This document shows, piece after piece, positions 53,249 to 64,000 of a stretch of DNA of 64,000 bases. A program made the position numbers and the translations under genes. The notes beneath the pieces are model-generated. The model was not told the origin of the DNA. It was given only the letters and a program-made list of their open reading frames with translations, and searched no databases. Positions within the stretch are counted from its first letter, which is position 1, and the number at the start of each line of letters is the position of its first letter. The stretch lies in assembly GCA_951406725.2 (NCBI GenBank), contig OX597817.1, positions 50,282,001 through 50,346,000 of the forward strand, given 5' to 3'. The DNA is from Octopus vulgaris (Eukaryota).

Positions 53249-54698
53249 ATCTTAACGATTTTAAAAAAAATAAAATTCCTGATCATAATTAATTATAAAA
53301 ATATAATAGGATTATTTAAACATAGAAATGACTATGGGGGTCCTTCTGAATAAAACAGGAATCAAAGTGCTCCGTAGGGGAAAAGTGGTTGAGAACACAT
53401 GGCCCAAGCAAACGCCAACGCACTAAATGTTCTAGAAACATGTCAAAACGCTGATCACGTGTTGATACAACTAATCAGCAAAGATACGGCAATTCATTCC
53501 ATCTATAGTATCTAAGCATGAAGTAAGTAAACGTTGGTGTATCTTGGGAGGGTCATCACACCAGTAATATTCACACGCGGTGGTTCAGTTTCACTTCTTT
53601 ATTATTAGTCGATTGGTTAATTATTTAAGCAAGTAACTAATCGATATTGCTTGCTTAATCACTCTTAAGATACAATAACTTTTGTTTGAACTCTCGAAAC
53701 GAAATAAATATTTATCATTCTTCAGCTCTGATATGGTTTCCATACAGAAAGTGAAAGGTATCATTTATTTCAGTCTAAAGCTACATATGGCTTTGGTTGA
53801 TGCTGCTACTGCTGCTGTTATTATTGTTGTTGTTGTTGTTGTAGTGTAGGGTGATTTTCGAAGTGAAGGTGCGGAATGATAATAGTACGAAATTATACAA
53901 TTACGTAGAACAATTATTTTGTAGCGTGGCAATGATAAAAGAAAATTGATGTCACTTATGGCCAATGCTTTGTCACTTGTTCTGTCCATATTGACTTGTT
54001 TAAGATGATAAACGATGGCTGATCGACTGATGTTTGAGACCGGGGGGATTTGTTATTAATTAATTAATTACAGAATAGCGTATTTGGAGAATACACAACA
54101 CTTGCAACAGTTAGATGAATATCTACAATTAGAATATGGAATTAATGATTGATTGAATAATTGTTGTTTTACACCGTGGTTTCGTACCAGAACACATTAG
54201 AAGGTGTATGAGATCAAATATAACATGCACAATTACACCAAGTTACGAGTTAGTCGGTCTGGTTTTTGAGATGTAATACGATATAATTCATTTCAAAATT
54301 ATATTCTGTAACACAGGAATAATTACGTTATACCGTGATAGATTCACTTGAAATTTTCATATAATGTTGTTTGTAACTTTATACTCCATAGTTCCTTGCG
54401 TAATTTTAACGTTAATCGATTAGCTTGAAATGCTAGCCAATTATTTCTCGAGTCAGATGATCAAAACAGTCTTTAAAAAGGGCAAAGTAAAAGTTCGGAT
54501 CCTGAGTTCACTGCACACGAAAAGCATAGGTAAAAAAAAAACAAGGGCGTATGTGATTATAAGTGGTAAGCCTTTGGTAAGTGGTGGCATCCGGCTAATA
54601 ACACCTAGGACCGAAATGCATTCTTTAAACCATGATTAAGATTAGGGACTTAGAAGTTCTCGGCACAAACACGCACACAAACTAATACACACATACCC

Positions 54699-54740
<42 letters not shown>

Positions 54741-54894
54741 TCTCTCTCTCTCTCACGCACACACATATATATTGGGTTATCCCATAAATAATGTGTTTTT
54801 TAATACTTATTTTTCAGTATTGAGATAAACAAAGTTCTTTTTTTTTAGACTTCCAAAATTCACTTATCCGTGGCGAAAAATACTCTTCCAATAC

Positions 54895-55129
54895 TCTCTT
54901 TACTCTTTACTCTTTTACTTGTTTCAGTCATTTGACTGCGGCCATGCTGGAGCACCACATTTAATCGAGCAACTCGACCCCGGGACTTATTCTTTTGTAA
55001 GCCCAGTACTTATTCTATCGGTCTCTTTTGCCGAACAGCTAAGTGACGGGGAATTAAATTTGGAAACCAACCAGCATCGGTTGTCAAGCAATGCTAGGGG
55101 GACAAACACAGACACACAAACACACACAT

Positions 55130-55173
<44 letters not shown>

Positions 55174-55192
55174 GACAGGCTTCTATCAGTTT
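54895..55192 (-). mobile_element. SINE family B tail half
   Basis: ctctttactcttttacttgtttcagtcatttgactgcgg...tatacgacaggcttc. Confidence 0.85.
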
Positions 55193-55611
55193 CGGCGGTG
55201 ACGGTTGCAGCCGTAATTGTGTTACAATTGAAGTTTCCATCATTTCCAAGAATTGACCAGAAAAATCAGAAAATATTAATTTTGCAGTAACGTTCCCGCT
55301 TGCAGTTGCAAAGTTATGTCTTATGGTTGAGGAAAGTGAAGAAAGCATAAGTACAGTAGCAAATACAAATTGAAGTAATGAGTTGTCGTCCTACCGCTAA
55401 CTTAGTTCTAAGGTCGTCTGCTAAACACCTCCAGTCACCGTGTTCAGGAGATGTTTCATAAGGCTCAAAATGATGTGTAGTAACCAAGAACAGGTTCAGA
55501 CACTTTGGAGTTTCTACAAACTTTCGGTCCACACAGTTCTACAAGGCTTAACCTGACCCGTAGAAAGTACTTACTAAAGTTCATCTGCATTTATGTGAAT
55601 TGAAATTTTAC

Positions 55612-55771
55612 GGCTGTATGGTAAGTAACTTGCTTACGAACCACATGGTTCCGGGTTCAGTCCCACTGCGTGGCACCTTGGGCAAGTGGCTTCTATTATG
55701 CCCTCGGGCCGACCAAAGCCTTGTGAGTGGATTTGGTAGACGGAAACTGAAAGAAGCCCGTCGTATATATG

Positions 55772-55802
<31 letters not shown>

Positions 55803-56036
55803 ATGTGTGTGTGTGTGTGTGTGTGTGAGTGTGTGTTTGTCCCCCCAACATCACTTGACAACCGATACTGGTGTGTTTAAATCCCCGTAACTTAGCGGTT
55901 CGGTAAAAGAGACCGATAGAATAAGTACTAGGCTTACAAAGAATAAGTCATGGGGTCGATTTGCTCGACTAAAAGGCGGTGCCCCAGCATGGCCACAGTC
56001 AACTGACTGAAACAAGTAGAAGAGAGTGAAAGAGTA
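55612..56036 (+). mobile_element. SINE family B
   Basis: Head, microsatellite and tail. Confidence 0.9.
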
Positions 56037-56609
56037 AAGCTAAATTCACTGGCCGAGCCTTGGACACATTGTCAGGGCAACGGGATGCGAACTATCGATC
56101 TTCTAACGATTCACTGGGCTGAAACTTTCACTATATAAAACTAAGCATCGAGTATGCCAATCCCAATATTAAAACTTCACACTCTCAGAAGAGATTCGTG
56201 CCTAAAGGCTTACAGCTACAAGATAAATAAAGTCAATAACTGAAAAACACGTTCTCTTAAACTGTACAATATGTATCTAATGGTGACATTTACATTCAGA
56301 ATATAAATAATGTTTTTTTATATAAATGGATATTCAGATGCTATATGCTACCGTAGGAAATGTGTAACAAACGTTAAGAATAAATATGTATATTTAAAAA
56401 TGTATTTAATCATAGATACACATCACAGACATTTTTTTCACAAGGCTTGAAACGATTCGAGATTATCGCGGAAAACATTTTTTTTATTCATTCCCGCGCC
56501 TATGTGCGTTTAAGTAAAGTGAATTTTTCAACCATAAATTTAATTAGCCCTTGACACAAATTACACGTTGTAATATAGATTAATGAGAGCATTATTTATA
56601 TACCACCGA

Positions 56610-56774
56610 TAGGCGCAGGAGTGGCTGTGTGGTAAGTAGCTTGCTAACCAACCACATGGTTGCAGGTTCAGTCCCACTGCGTGGCACCTTGGGCAAGTGT
56701 CTTCTGCTATAGCCCCGGGCCGACCAATGCCTTGTGAGTGGATTTGGTAGACGGAAACTGAAAGAAACCTGTCG

Positions 56775-56809
<35 letters not shown>

Positions 56810-57007
56810 TTGTGTGTCTGTGTTTGTCCCCCTAGCATTGCTTGACAACCGATGCTGGTGTGTTTACGTCCCCGTCACTTAGCGGTTCGGAAAAAGAGAC
56901 CGATAGAATAAGTACTGGGCTTACAAAGAATAAGTCCCGGGGTCGATTTGCTCGACTAAAGGCGCTGCTCCAGCATGGCCGCAGTCAAATGACTGAAACA
57001 AGTAAAA
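56610..57007 (+). mobile_element. SINE family B, full length
   Basis: taggcgcaggagtggctgtgtgg through gactgaaacaagtaaaa. Confidence 0.92.
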
Positions 57008-57161
57008 TAGCGCCGGGGTCTGCTATACCTTTTATTATATCGGGATCGAGGTAAACAAATATTAGTGAAGTACTGGGGTTGATGTAATTATATTCACACC
57101 CTCTGCAAAATTGCAGGCCTTGTGCCAAAATTAGATACCATCAGAGAATACTGCATTTTGA

Positions 57162-57540
57162 ATGGCTGTGTGGTAAGTACCTTGCTTACCATCCACATGG
57201 TACCAGGTTCAGTCGCACTGCATAGCACCTTAGGCAAGTGTCTTACTATAGCCGCGGGCCGACCAAAGCCTTCTGATTGGATTTGGTAGACGGAAACGGA
57301 AAGAAGCCCGTCGTATACATACATATATATATATATGCGTGTGTGTATGTGTTTGTCCCTCCACCATTGCTTGATAACCGATGCTGGTGTGTTTAAGTCT
57401 ACGTAACTTAGCGGTTTGGCAAAAGACAACGATAGAATGAGTACTAGGTTTTCAAAGAATAAGTCCTGGAGTTGATTTGTTCAACTAACGGCGGTGCTCC
57501 AGCATGGCCTTGTCAAATGACTGAAAAAATAAAAGAGTAA
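57162..57540 (+). mobile_element. SINE family B, diverged
   Basis: Head and tail recognisable. Confidence 0.85.
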
Positions 57541-58269
57541 AATAGTATACTATGTGGCATTGTTTGGATGATGTGAGATACAAAAGGACACAAAGCGCTA
57601 TGAGATACCTACGAAAACCTCACCTGCGCAAATATCTCGTTAGTTTTTATATCACCATCTATGACAAGGAGTTCCTAAATCAAGTACTGATATTTTGCTT
57701 TCATGTCAATCCTACTGAAGTCACCTGTTGTTGTTTCTCAGCAAAATCAATCCGCAATTTTCTCCAGTTCATTAATTTTGAACCCAAACAACTGAAGAAA
57801 ACGAGGCATCAATCTGAAAAGCAATGGCATCTGGGATCTGTGATAAAGGGCTACGGTGGAATCGTTCCGTAGGCCTATATTAATTCACGTCTTTATTGCT
57901 GCACTCAAGCGAAAAGTACATTCGAAGAGTCGGAAACGTGAGTGGCTCTGAGACATCTGCTGAGGGCTCTGAAGTGTTTTCAAAATTAAAATAGATTTAG
58001 TCACCATCAATAGCGGAGCTTGCGATATCTTTAAATAGAACTTGCAGTTTCTTCGTGAAATAACAATCTCTGATGATTATTTCACACACTCGCGTTTGCA
58101 CGCGAATACAGTAGCATGGATGTGTATGTATGTCTGTATTCTCAAAAACACATAGCTGAAATTAACAGAAAAACAAAAGACCAAGACAGGTGTATGAACA
58201 ACAAGCAGGTGTATTAGTTTGAAACTCGAGAAAGTAAGAAAGTCTTTTACATTATAAAATATTAAAAAC

Positions 58270-58319
<50 letters not shown>

Positions 58320-58323
<4 letters not shown>

Positions 58324-58522
58324 AGAATTCACGAAAAAAACAAAAGACGAAGACAGGTGTTGTGGAAAACAAACAGATGTACTAGTATAACGCTCGGGAA
58401 TTGAAAACGTCTTTTACGTTTCGAGCCTACGCTCTTCCGCAGAAAGGAACATAGAAAGATACAAGGAGAGAAAGAAGGAGACAAAAAATGCGTGTAGTGG
58501 CTACCGATCTATCATGGCGACT
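58320..58522 (-). mobile_element. ~200-bp hammerhead-bearing element flanked by TA repeats
   Basis: Same boundaries and sequence as 62757-62952 (ggagaattcacgaaaaaaacaaaagacgaagac...ccgatctatcatggcgact); a related partial copy lies at about 58150-58252. Confidence 0.8.
58411..58446 (-). ncRNA. Minimal type I hammerhead motif with A6 to C
   Basis: Minus strand cttt CTGCGGA a gagc gtag gctc GAAA cgt a aaag; perfect stems I and II, GUA site. Confidence 0.6.
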
Positions 58523-60558
58523 CATATATACATATATAAATAATATATCAGAAGAACATAACGGATGACAATAAAAACATACGAACAGATGGGCAGTACA
58601 AAGACAGACAGGAAAACCAGGATGGAACATTCGTGGTTTTCTATTCTTCAGTCAAGCTTCCAATCATCATTACAGTTTCGGCCTTATACACGATTACAAA
58701 TACAAACAAGAAGAATAACAAGTGTCTTTCGACTAAGAGGACAAGGTGTGTTAAGCTGGCATGTGAAGTGGAAGCCTTATGTATGTATGTGTGTGTGTGT
58801 GTGTATCCGACAACGCTTCTGGAAATCAGAACTATATGTTTATATAATTATTTATTAATTACATGTATATTATATATTTATATATACATATATATTAGTA
58901 TAAGATATATAAAATATGTATAAATATATGTGTACGTGTGCATGTGCGTGTATGCAGGTATGTATGTGTACGAATATGCGCATGCGTCTAAGTATATATA
59001 ATTATTTATGATACTATTGAAAGTATGTTTTGATTGTCTGTTATTAATATCTCGGATATCCAATAGTGCATCGTATGAAGAAATAAAAGTTCACAGAACT
59101 TGTCTGAATTGTTTATTTGGTGTTGTTGTTGAATCTAATTGGCCCGGAGTACCTCTTTTGTTATATCGGTGAGAGTGACTAAAAAATTCATTTCAGTTGA
59201 ATCTAGGTGATGGGGAATAGAACAAGAGTACAGGACAGCTTGAATTTAAAATTGCATGCTAAAGAATAATACAGGTAATTGTTTCGAATTGAAGCACACG
59301 GCTGTAGTGGGTGGGCTGGCAGACTCGTTAGTACGCCAGCCTAAATACATAACGGTATTTCTTCTGGCTTTTATTACAAAAATGTATGTCAATACCAGTT
59401 CACACTGCTGCATTTTTGTGCATTTTGGTCCAAAGGTTTCTAATTCTTTTCTGCTATTTTATAACTTTTAATAAAATAAAATAATTAGACACGCAAATTG
59501 AATTATTAATTTCAAGACAAACTTCTTTCAAAAAATGCCTTGAAACTAAATATAAACCGACGTGGTCGTATTTCCTTTCATCCTTCCGACTTTACGTTCT
59601 GAGTTCAAATGCCGCTGAGGTTGACTTTGTTTTTCATCCTTCCGGACTCGATAAAATAACTATTTGTTGAACACTGGGTTCGATGCAACAAACTTAGTCC
59701 CTTCCCCGGAATTGCAGGTCTTGTGCTAAAATCTGAAATTGATGTAGGTCTGTGGTTGTAAGTTTTACGAAATTTTCATCAAAATGTTTTCTATATCAGA
59801 CATCGGCAGTTAGTATCCTATGACCTGCTTGAATTCAGTTTATATTCTATATAGTCAACACTAAAATAGACCACTTTACCCAGGGCGAAAATATGACCCA
59901 GGATAAAAAGAATGCAGAAGTAGTTACGAGGTAAACTAAAGTATCTGCTTGTATTTCAGAACTCTGTTCGTTTCCTTTTGTTGACGCAAATTCTGCAGAA
60001 AATATTTAAGAACCAATGAATTATTAAGCATGGAAATAAAGACGAACAACACTGTATTATTTAGCCCTTTACCTCTCTTTAATATTAAATCATACCGAAG
60101 ATATATTTCCTAGGCGTCCATGCATCATACATCGAACAAATCAACTCCAGGACTTATTCTTTGAAAACCTAGTACTCATTCTATCGGTGTCTTTTGCCAA
60201 ACTGCTACGTTACTGGGGCGTAAACACACCAGCATCGGTTGCCAAGCTAGTCACCATTACATAAGTAAATATGTACCGAAAGCAGTTGGAAAACCAATAA
60301 GTGCTATTCTCTCAGCAGCATCCTGTAAATAAAAGTTACTTCAACAGGTTTAGTTTAGCTTTGGTTGAGAACGATTCCAGTCTTACGGAGTTCCTGTTTT
60401 TGCAACCACCTGTGTTTGTCTTCCTAACCAGCATATTTAATTAACTACACCACGTGGTACATCAGATACAAAATATACGGAAATGTTTCTAATCAACCAG
60501 TGTCTGGCTAACCATTCCAAAGTCCCTGGATCACCAAATGACCTAGAAAAGATACATA

Positions 60559-60753
60559 CGAGATGGGTGCTGAAAAGTTCCTCGCTTTGGTTAAAAGAAA
60601 ACACAAGAGGATCAGTAAATTATGATTTACTCAACATATACCACTCTCACACTTATTGCAGTGGCCTTTCAGTTTTTCTAAGCCCTGTAAAAGAAGGCCT
60701 CCAACCAGGCCTTTCGCGATACCTTTAAAGCGAGGAACTTTTCAACACCTTAG
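60559..60753. mobile_element. Mariner-type MITE with TA TSD
   Basis: TIRs ggtgctgaaaagttcctcgcttt / aaagcgaggaacttttcaacacc; TA on both sides. Confidence 0.8.
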
Positions 60754-61121
60754 TATTTGAAATCTTTTCAACCTCCAGAATAAAGTATGATTCATGATAG
60801 GAAAGCTTTACCTTACTCAGAACGTATGAAAAATAGGTGAACTAAAAATCTGTAACGTTTAGGACATACTAATGAGAGGTAAAAGGGTTGAGTGCTTCTA
60901 TTGAACAGTCTTTGTCATTTTTATTTTGTTATTACCTTATCTATATGAAAACATGCTTATATTAGAAATGTGTATTTCCATTATCACTAAAGAGTTCTTG
61001 CGACGCATTTTCTTTTGATTTTCATTTAAGTGAGTAAAATATGGAAAATCAAAAGAGCTGTTCATTGCTGTGTAATAAAATAATTCTTGAAATCAGTTGA
61101 TGGTATAATAATAACTGCTGC

Positions 61122-61717
61122 AAGGCGGCAGGCTGGCAGAAACGTTAGCACGCCGGACGAAATGCTTTGCGGCATTTCGACCGTCTCTATGTTCTCACGG
61201 AGGTCGACTTTGCCTTTCATCCTTTCGGGGTCGATTAAATAAGTACCAGTTATGCACTGGGGTCGATGTAATAGACTTAATCCGTTTGTCTGTCCTTGTT
61301 TGTCCTTTCTCTGTTTAGCTCCTTGTGGGTAGTAAAGAAATAGGTATTTCGTCTGCCGTTACGTTCTGAGTTCAAATTCCACCGAGGTCGACTTTGCCTT
61401 TCATCCTTTCGGGGTCGATTAAATAAGTACTAGTTACGCACTGGGGGCGATATAATCGACTTAATCCGTTTGTCTGTCCTTGTTTGTCCTCTCTGTGTTT
61501 AGCCCCTTGTGGGTAGTAAAGAAATAGGTATTTCGTCTGCCGCTACGTTCTGAGTTCAAATTCCGCCGAGGTCGACTTTGCCTTTCATCCTTTCGTGGTC
61601 GATTAAATAAGTACCAATTACGCACTGGGGTCAATATAATCGACGTAATTCGTTTGCCTGTCCTTGTTTGTCCCCTCTATGTTTAGCCCCTTGTGGGTAG
61701 TAAAGAAATAGGTATAG
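61122..61717 (+). mobile_element. SINE family A trimer with TSD
   Basis: Three units; TSD taataactgctgc at 61109-61121 and 61718-61730. Confidence 0.92.
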
Positions 61718-62398
61718 TAATAACTGCTGCTAAACAAATATCAATGTGGAAAAACCTGAAAATTTATATTGCAGGTGTAATACCTAACATTATAGGATTT
61801 GCAGAACTATCAGGCTATCGGACAGAATACCTTGCGGTTTTTCATTGCATCTTTTTTTTTATTTCAAGTTCAAATCCTGTCAAGATCAAATTTACATTTC
61901 ATTATCCCGGAATCCACAAAATAAAGTACCAGCTCAGTACTTTGATCGATATAATTGAGCAGGTCGTGTGCCAGTATTTGATTCATTTCACGAAGCCCAT
62001 TAATTTATTATATACTTGTTTCTTACGCTTTGAACGATTTCAAATTCTAATTAACTTTTAGGACAATTTACACGACTTTTTTCTCACATGAACCTTGTTT
62101 ACAGGGAATAATCACGTGGCACTTTTAGAAATTGTAGATCTCGTTCTGACAGTAAAACGTCTACAAATTGTGGATTTCGATGTCCAGTTCCACGATCTTA
62201 CATTAGAATTAACTAAAGCGGCCCTTAGAAATCTCATATTTTATAAAATTTTCATATGTCTATTTCCATTTAAAAATTAACCTTTTGAAATCGATGAAAT
62301 GAGTACGTGCTGAGCACTGGGGCCATGTAAACGACTTGCCACCTCCCCCAAATTTTCCACGCTTCTACCTGTAATAGAAATATATTCTTTGGAATATG

Positions 62399-62440
<42 letters not shown>

Positions 62441-62445
<5 letters not shown>

Positions 62446-62640
62446 GTAAATGTAATATGTGACAATTATTCGGTAGCCATGATAAAACTCCGAGTTTCGG
62501 ATGTCGGGGTGGAAATCCACGCCGCCATCTCTTTGGACGGATAACTGAAGAGATGGCGGCGTGGATTTCAACCCTGACATCCGAAACTCGGAGTTTTTTC
62601 ATGGCTACCGAATAATTGTCACATATTACATTTACAGATA
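62441..62640. repeat. Foldback palindrome with ~93-bp arms adjoining (TA)n
   Basis: tatctgtaaatgtaatatgtgacaattattcggtagccatg...gccgccatctctt, 14-nt loop, reverse complement to tttacagata. Confidence 0.92.
62540..62600 (+). ncRNA. Type I hammerhead motif, canonical core, long stem II
   Basis: gataa CTGAAGA gatg...catc c GAA actc g gagt t ttttc; the mirror arm gives ttatc, the perfect stem I partner; GUU site. Confidence 0.6.
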
Positions 62641-62715
62641 AATTCATCTTTTTACATAATATCGGTCTCTTTCATTCTTTTGTTGTCACCATTTCTATCA
62701 ATGATGTATATATAT

Positions 62716-62756
<41 letters not shown>

Positions 62757-62948
62757 GGGGGAGAGTTCACGAAAAAAACAAAAGACGAAGACACTTGGTG
62801 TAGAAAACAAACAGATATATTAGTATAACGCTCAGGAATTGAAAAAGTCTATTACGTTTCGAACCTACGCTCTTCCACAGAAAGGAACACAGAAAGAAAC
62901 AAAGAGAGAAAAAACATGTGTGTAGTGGCTACCGATCTATCATGGCGA

Positions 62949-62952
<4 letters not shown>
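62757..62952 (-). mobile_element. Hammerhead-bearing element in (TA)n; motif at 62849-62884
   Basis: Minus strand cttt CTGTGGA a gagc gtag gttc GAAA cgt a atag; paralogue of 58320-58522. Confidence 0.78.
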
Positions 62953-62994
<42 letters not shown>

Positions 62995-63619
62995 AATGCT
63001 TTTCGGATATACGTTAGCTCTAGTGCTTATCATAAATTCATAATCACTCATAAACTGATAAACAAGGTCAACTGTCGAGTCTCATTATATATGATAATCT
63101 TTAGTCTAAAAAGAGCGGATTGTGTTACTATAGATTTTCTTGGCAACCTTTTCACAAGAAACAATACATCCTCTCCTGTTCAATTTCTGTTGTATCCCGT
63201 ATCATCAAATATTTAATATAGTTTTTGGTTCAGTTCTTTTATGGTACAAGTCATCCGGATAATTGAAATCATTTCATACAAATATCAATTGTTCACTTCC
63301 GAAACTTATTCCCTATTAATAAAATATTATCGATAAAAATCATTCCTGTTGCTCTGATTTTTTAAAAATTAACAATATATTTACCACTTGAGAGATTGCT
63401 TATACTCTGGGAGTAAATATTTGAACGATTATTCTGACGGGATTAACGGTGCATACAAAATGAAATATCTACCACTAATACTTAAACTAAAAGGTAATAT
63501 TAACAATTTTTATATCACCTTGAAATATCTCCAAGGTAGCTCTTTTGAAAACTAAATAGGAATACAAGAGAAGCTCACTCATACACATATACAAACAAAT
63601 ACGTACATACATGCATATA

Positions 63620-63785
63620 TTGGTTTCAAATTTTTGCCCAAGGCCAGCGTTTCCGAAGGAGCAGGTAGTCGATTACATTAAACCCAGTGCTCAAATGCTA
63701 CTCATTTTATCGACCCCGAACGAATGAAAGGCAAAGTTGACTCGGGCCGCGTTTGAACTTAGAACGTAAAGTCGGAAGAAATGTC
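63620..63785 (-). mobile_element. Diverged SINE family A
   Basis: ttttatcgaccccgaacgaatgaaaggcaaagttgactc...tttgaacttagaacgtaaag. Confidence 0.7.
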
Positions 63786-64000
63786 ACTCCGTCCGGCTCG
63801 GCAACAATTCTCCCAGCGTGCTTTATATATATGATATCTTTCTTGATAATCCTAAATTTTATCTTTATACAACATAACAATATTGTTTATAATCAATCAC
63901 CTATTGTACCCAATGATACAATTTCTTCTGTATTAATATCATTGGCATTATTAGCGTCTTGCCCTTTTAACTGGTAATTAACATCTTGATTTTAGGTCTT

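Noticed and set aside
57620-57830. Candidate minus-strand exon ending at a CAG|GTGAG donor
   Set aside because: The reading frames examined hit stops shortly upstream and no partner exons were found

Overview
AT-rich, repeat-saturated animal genomic DNA with no host protein-coding exon that I can support. The SINE families and microsatellite load point to an octopus (coleoid cephalopod) intron or intergenic region; this is inferred from repeat content. Nearly all listed ORFs are artefacts of (TA)n/(CA)n/(GA)n tracts or of SINEs. The window holds dozens of tRNA-derived SINEs from about five modular families, decayed CR1 and Dong/R4 LINEs, mariner, maT/Tc1 and Tigger remnants, three copies of a GG-terminated MITE with 8-bp TSDs, and a tandem plus inverted non-autonomous Helitron cluster. 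The most notable signal is a set of short non-coding elements from at least five unrelated families, mostly in or beside microsatellites, that each fold into a minimal type I hammerhead ribozyme of the Penelope-like pLTR kind. They include canonical cores, a compensatory G3-C8 core swap, an A6-substituted family, two long foldback palindromes centred just 5' of the ribozyme, and one copy joined to a tRNA-like Pol III head. Folds were worked out by eye and no activity is demonstrated.
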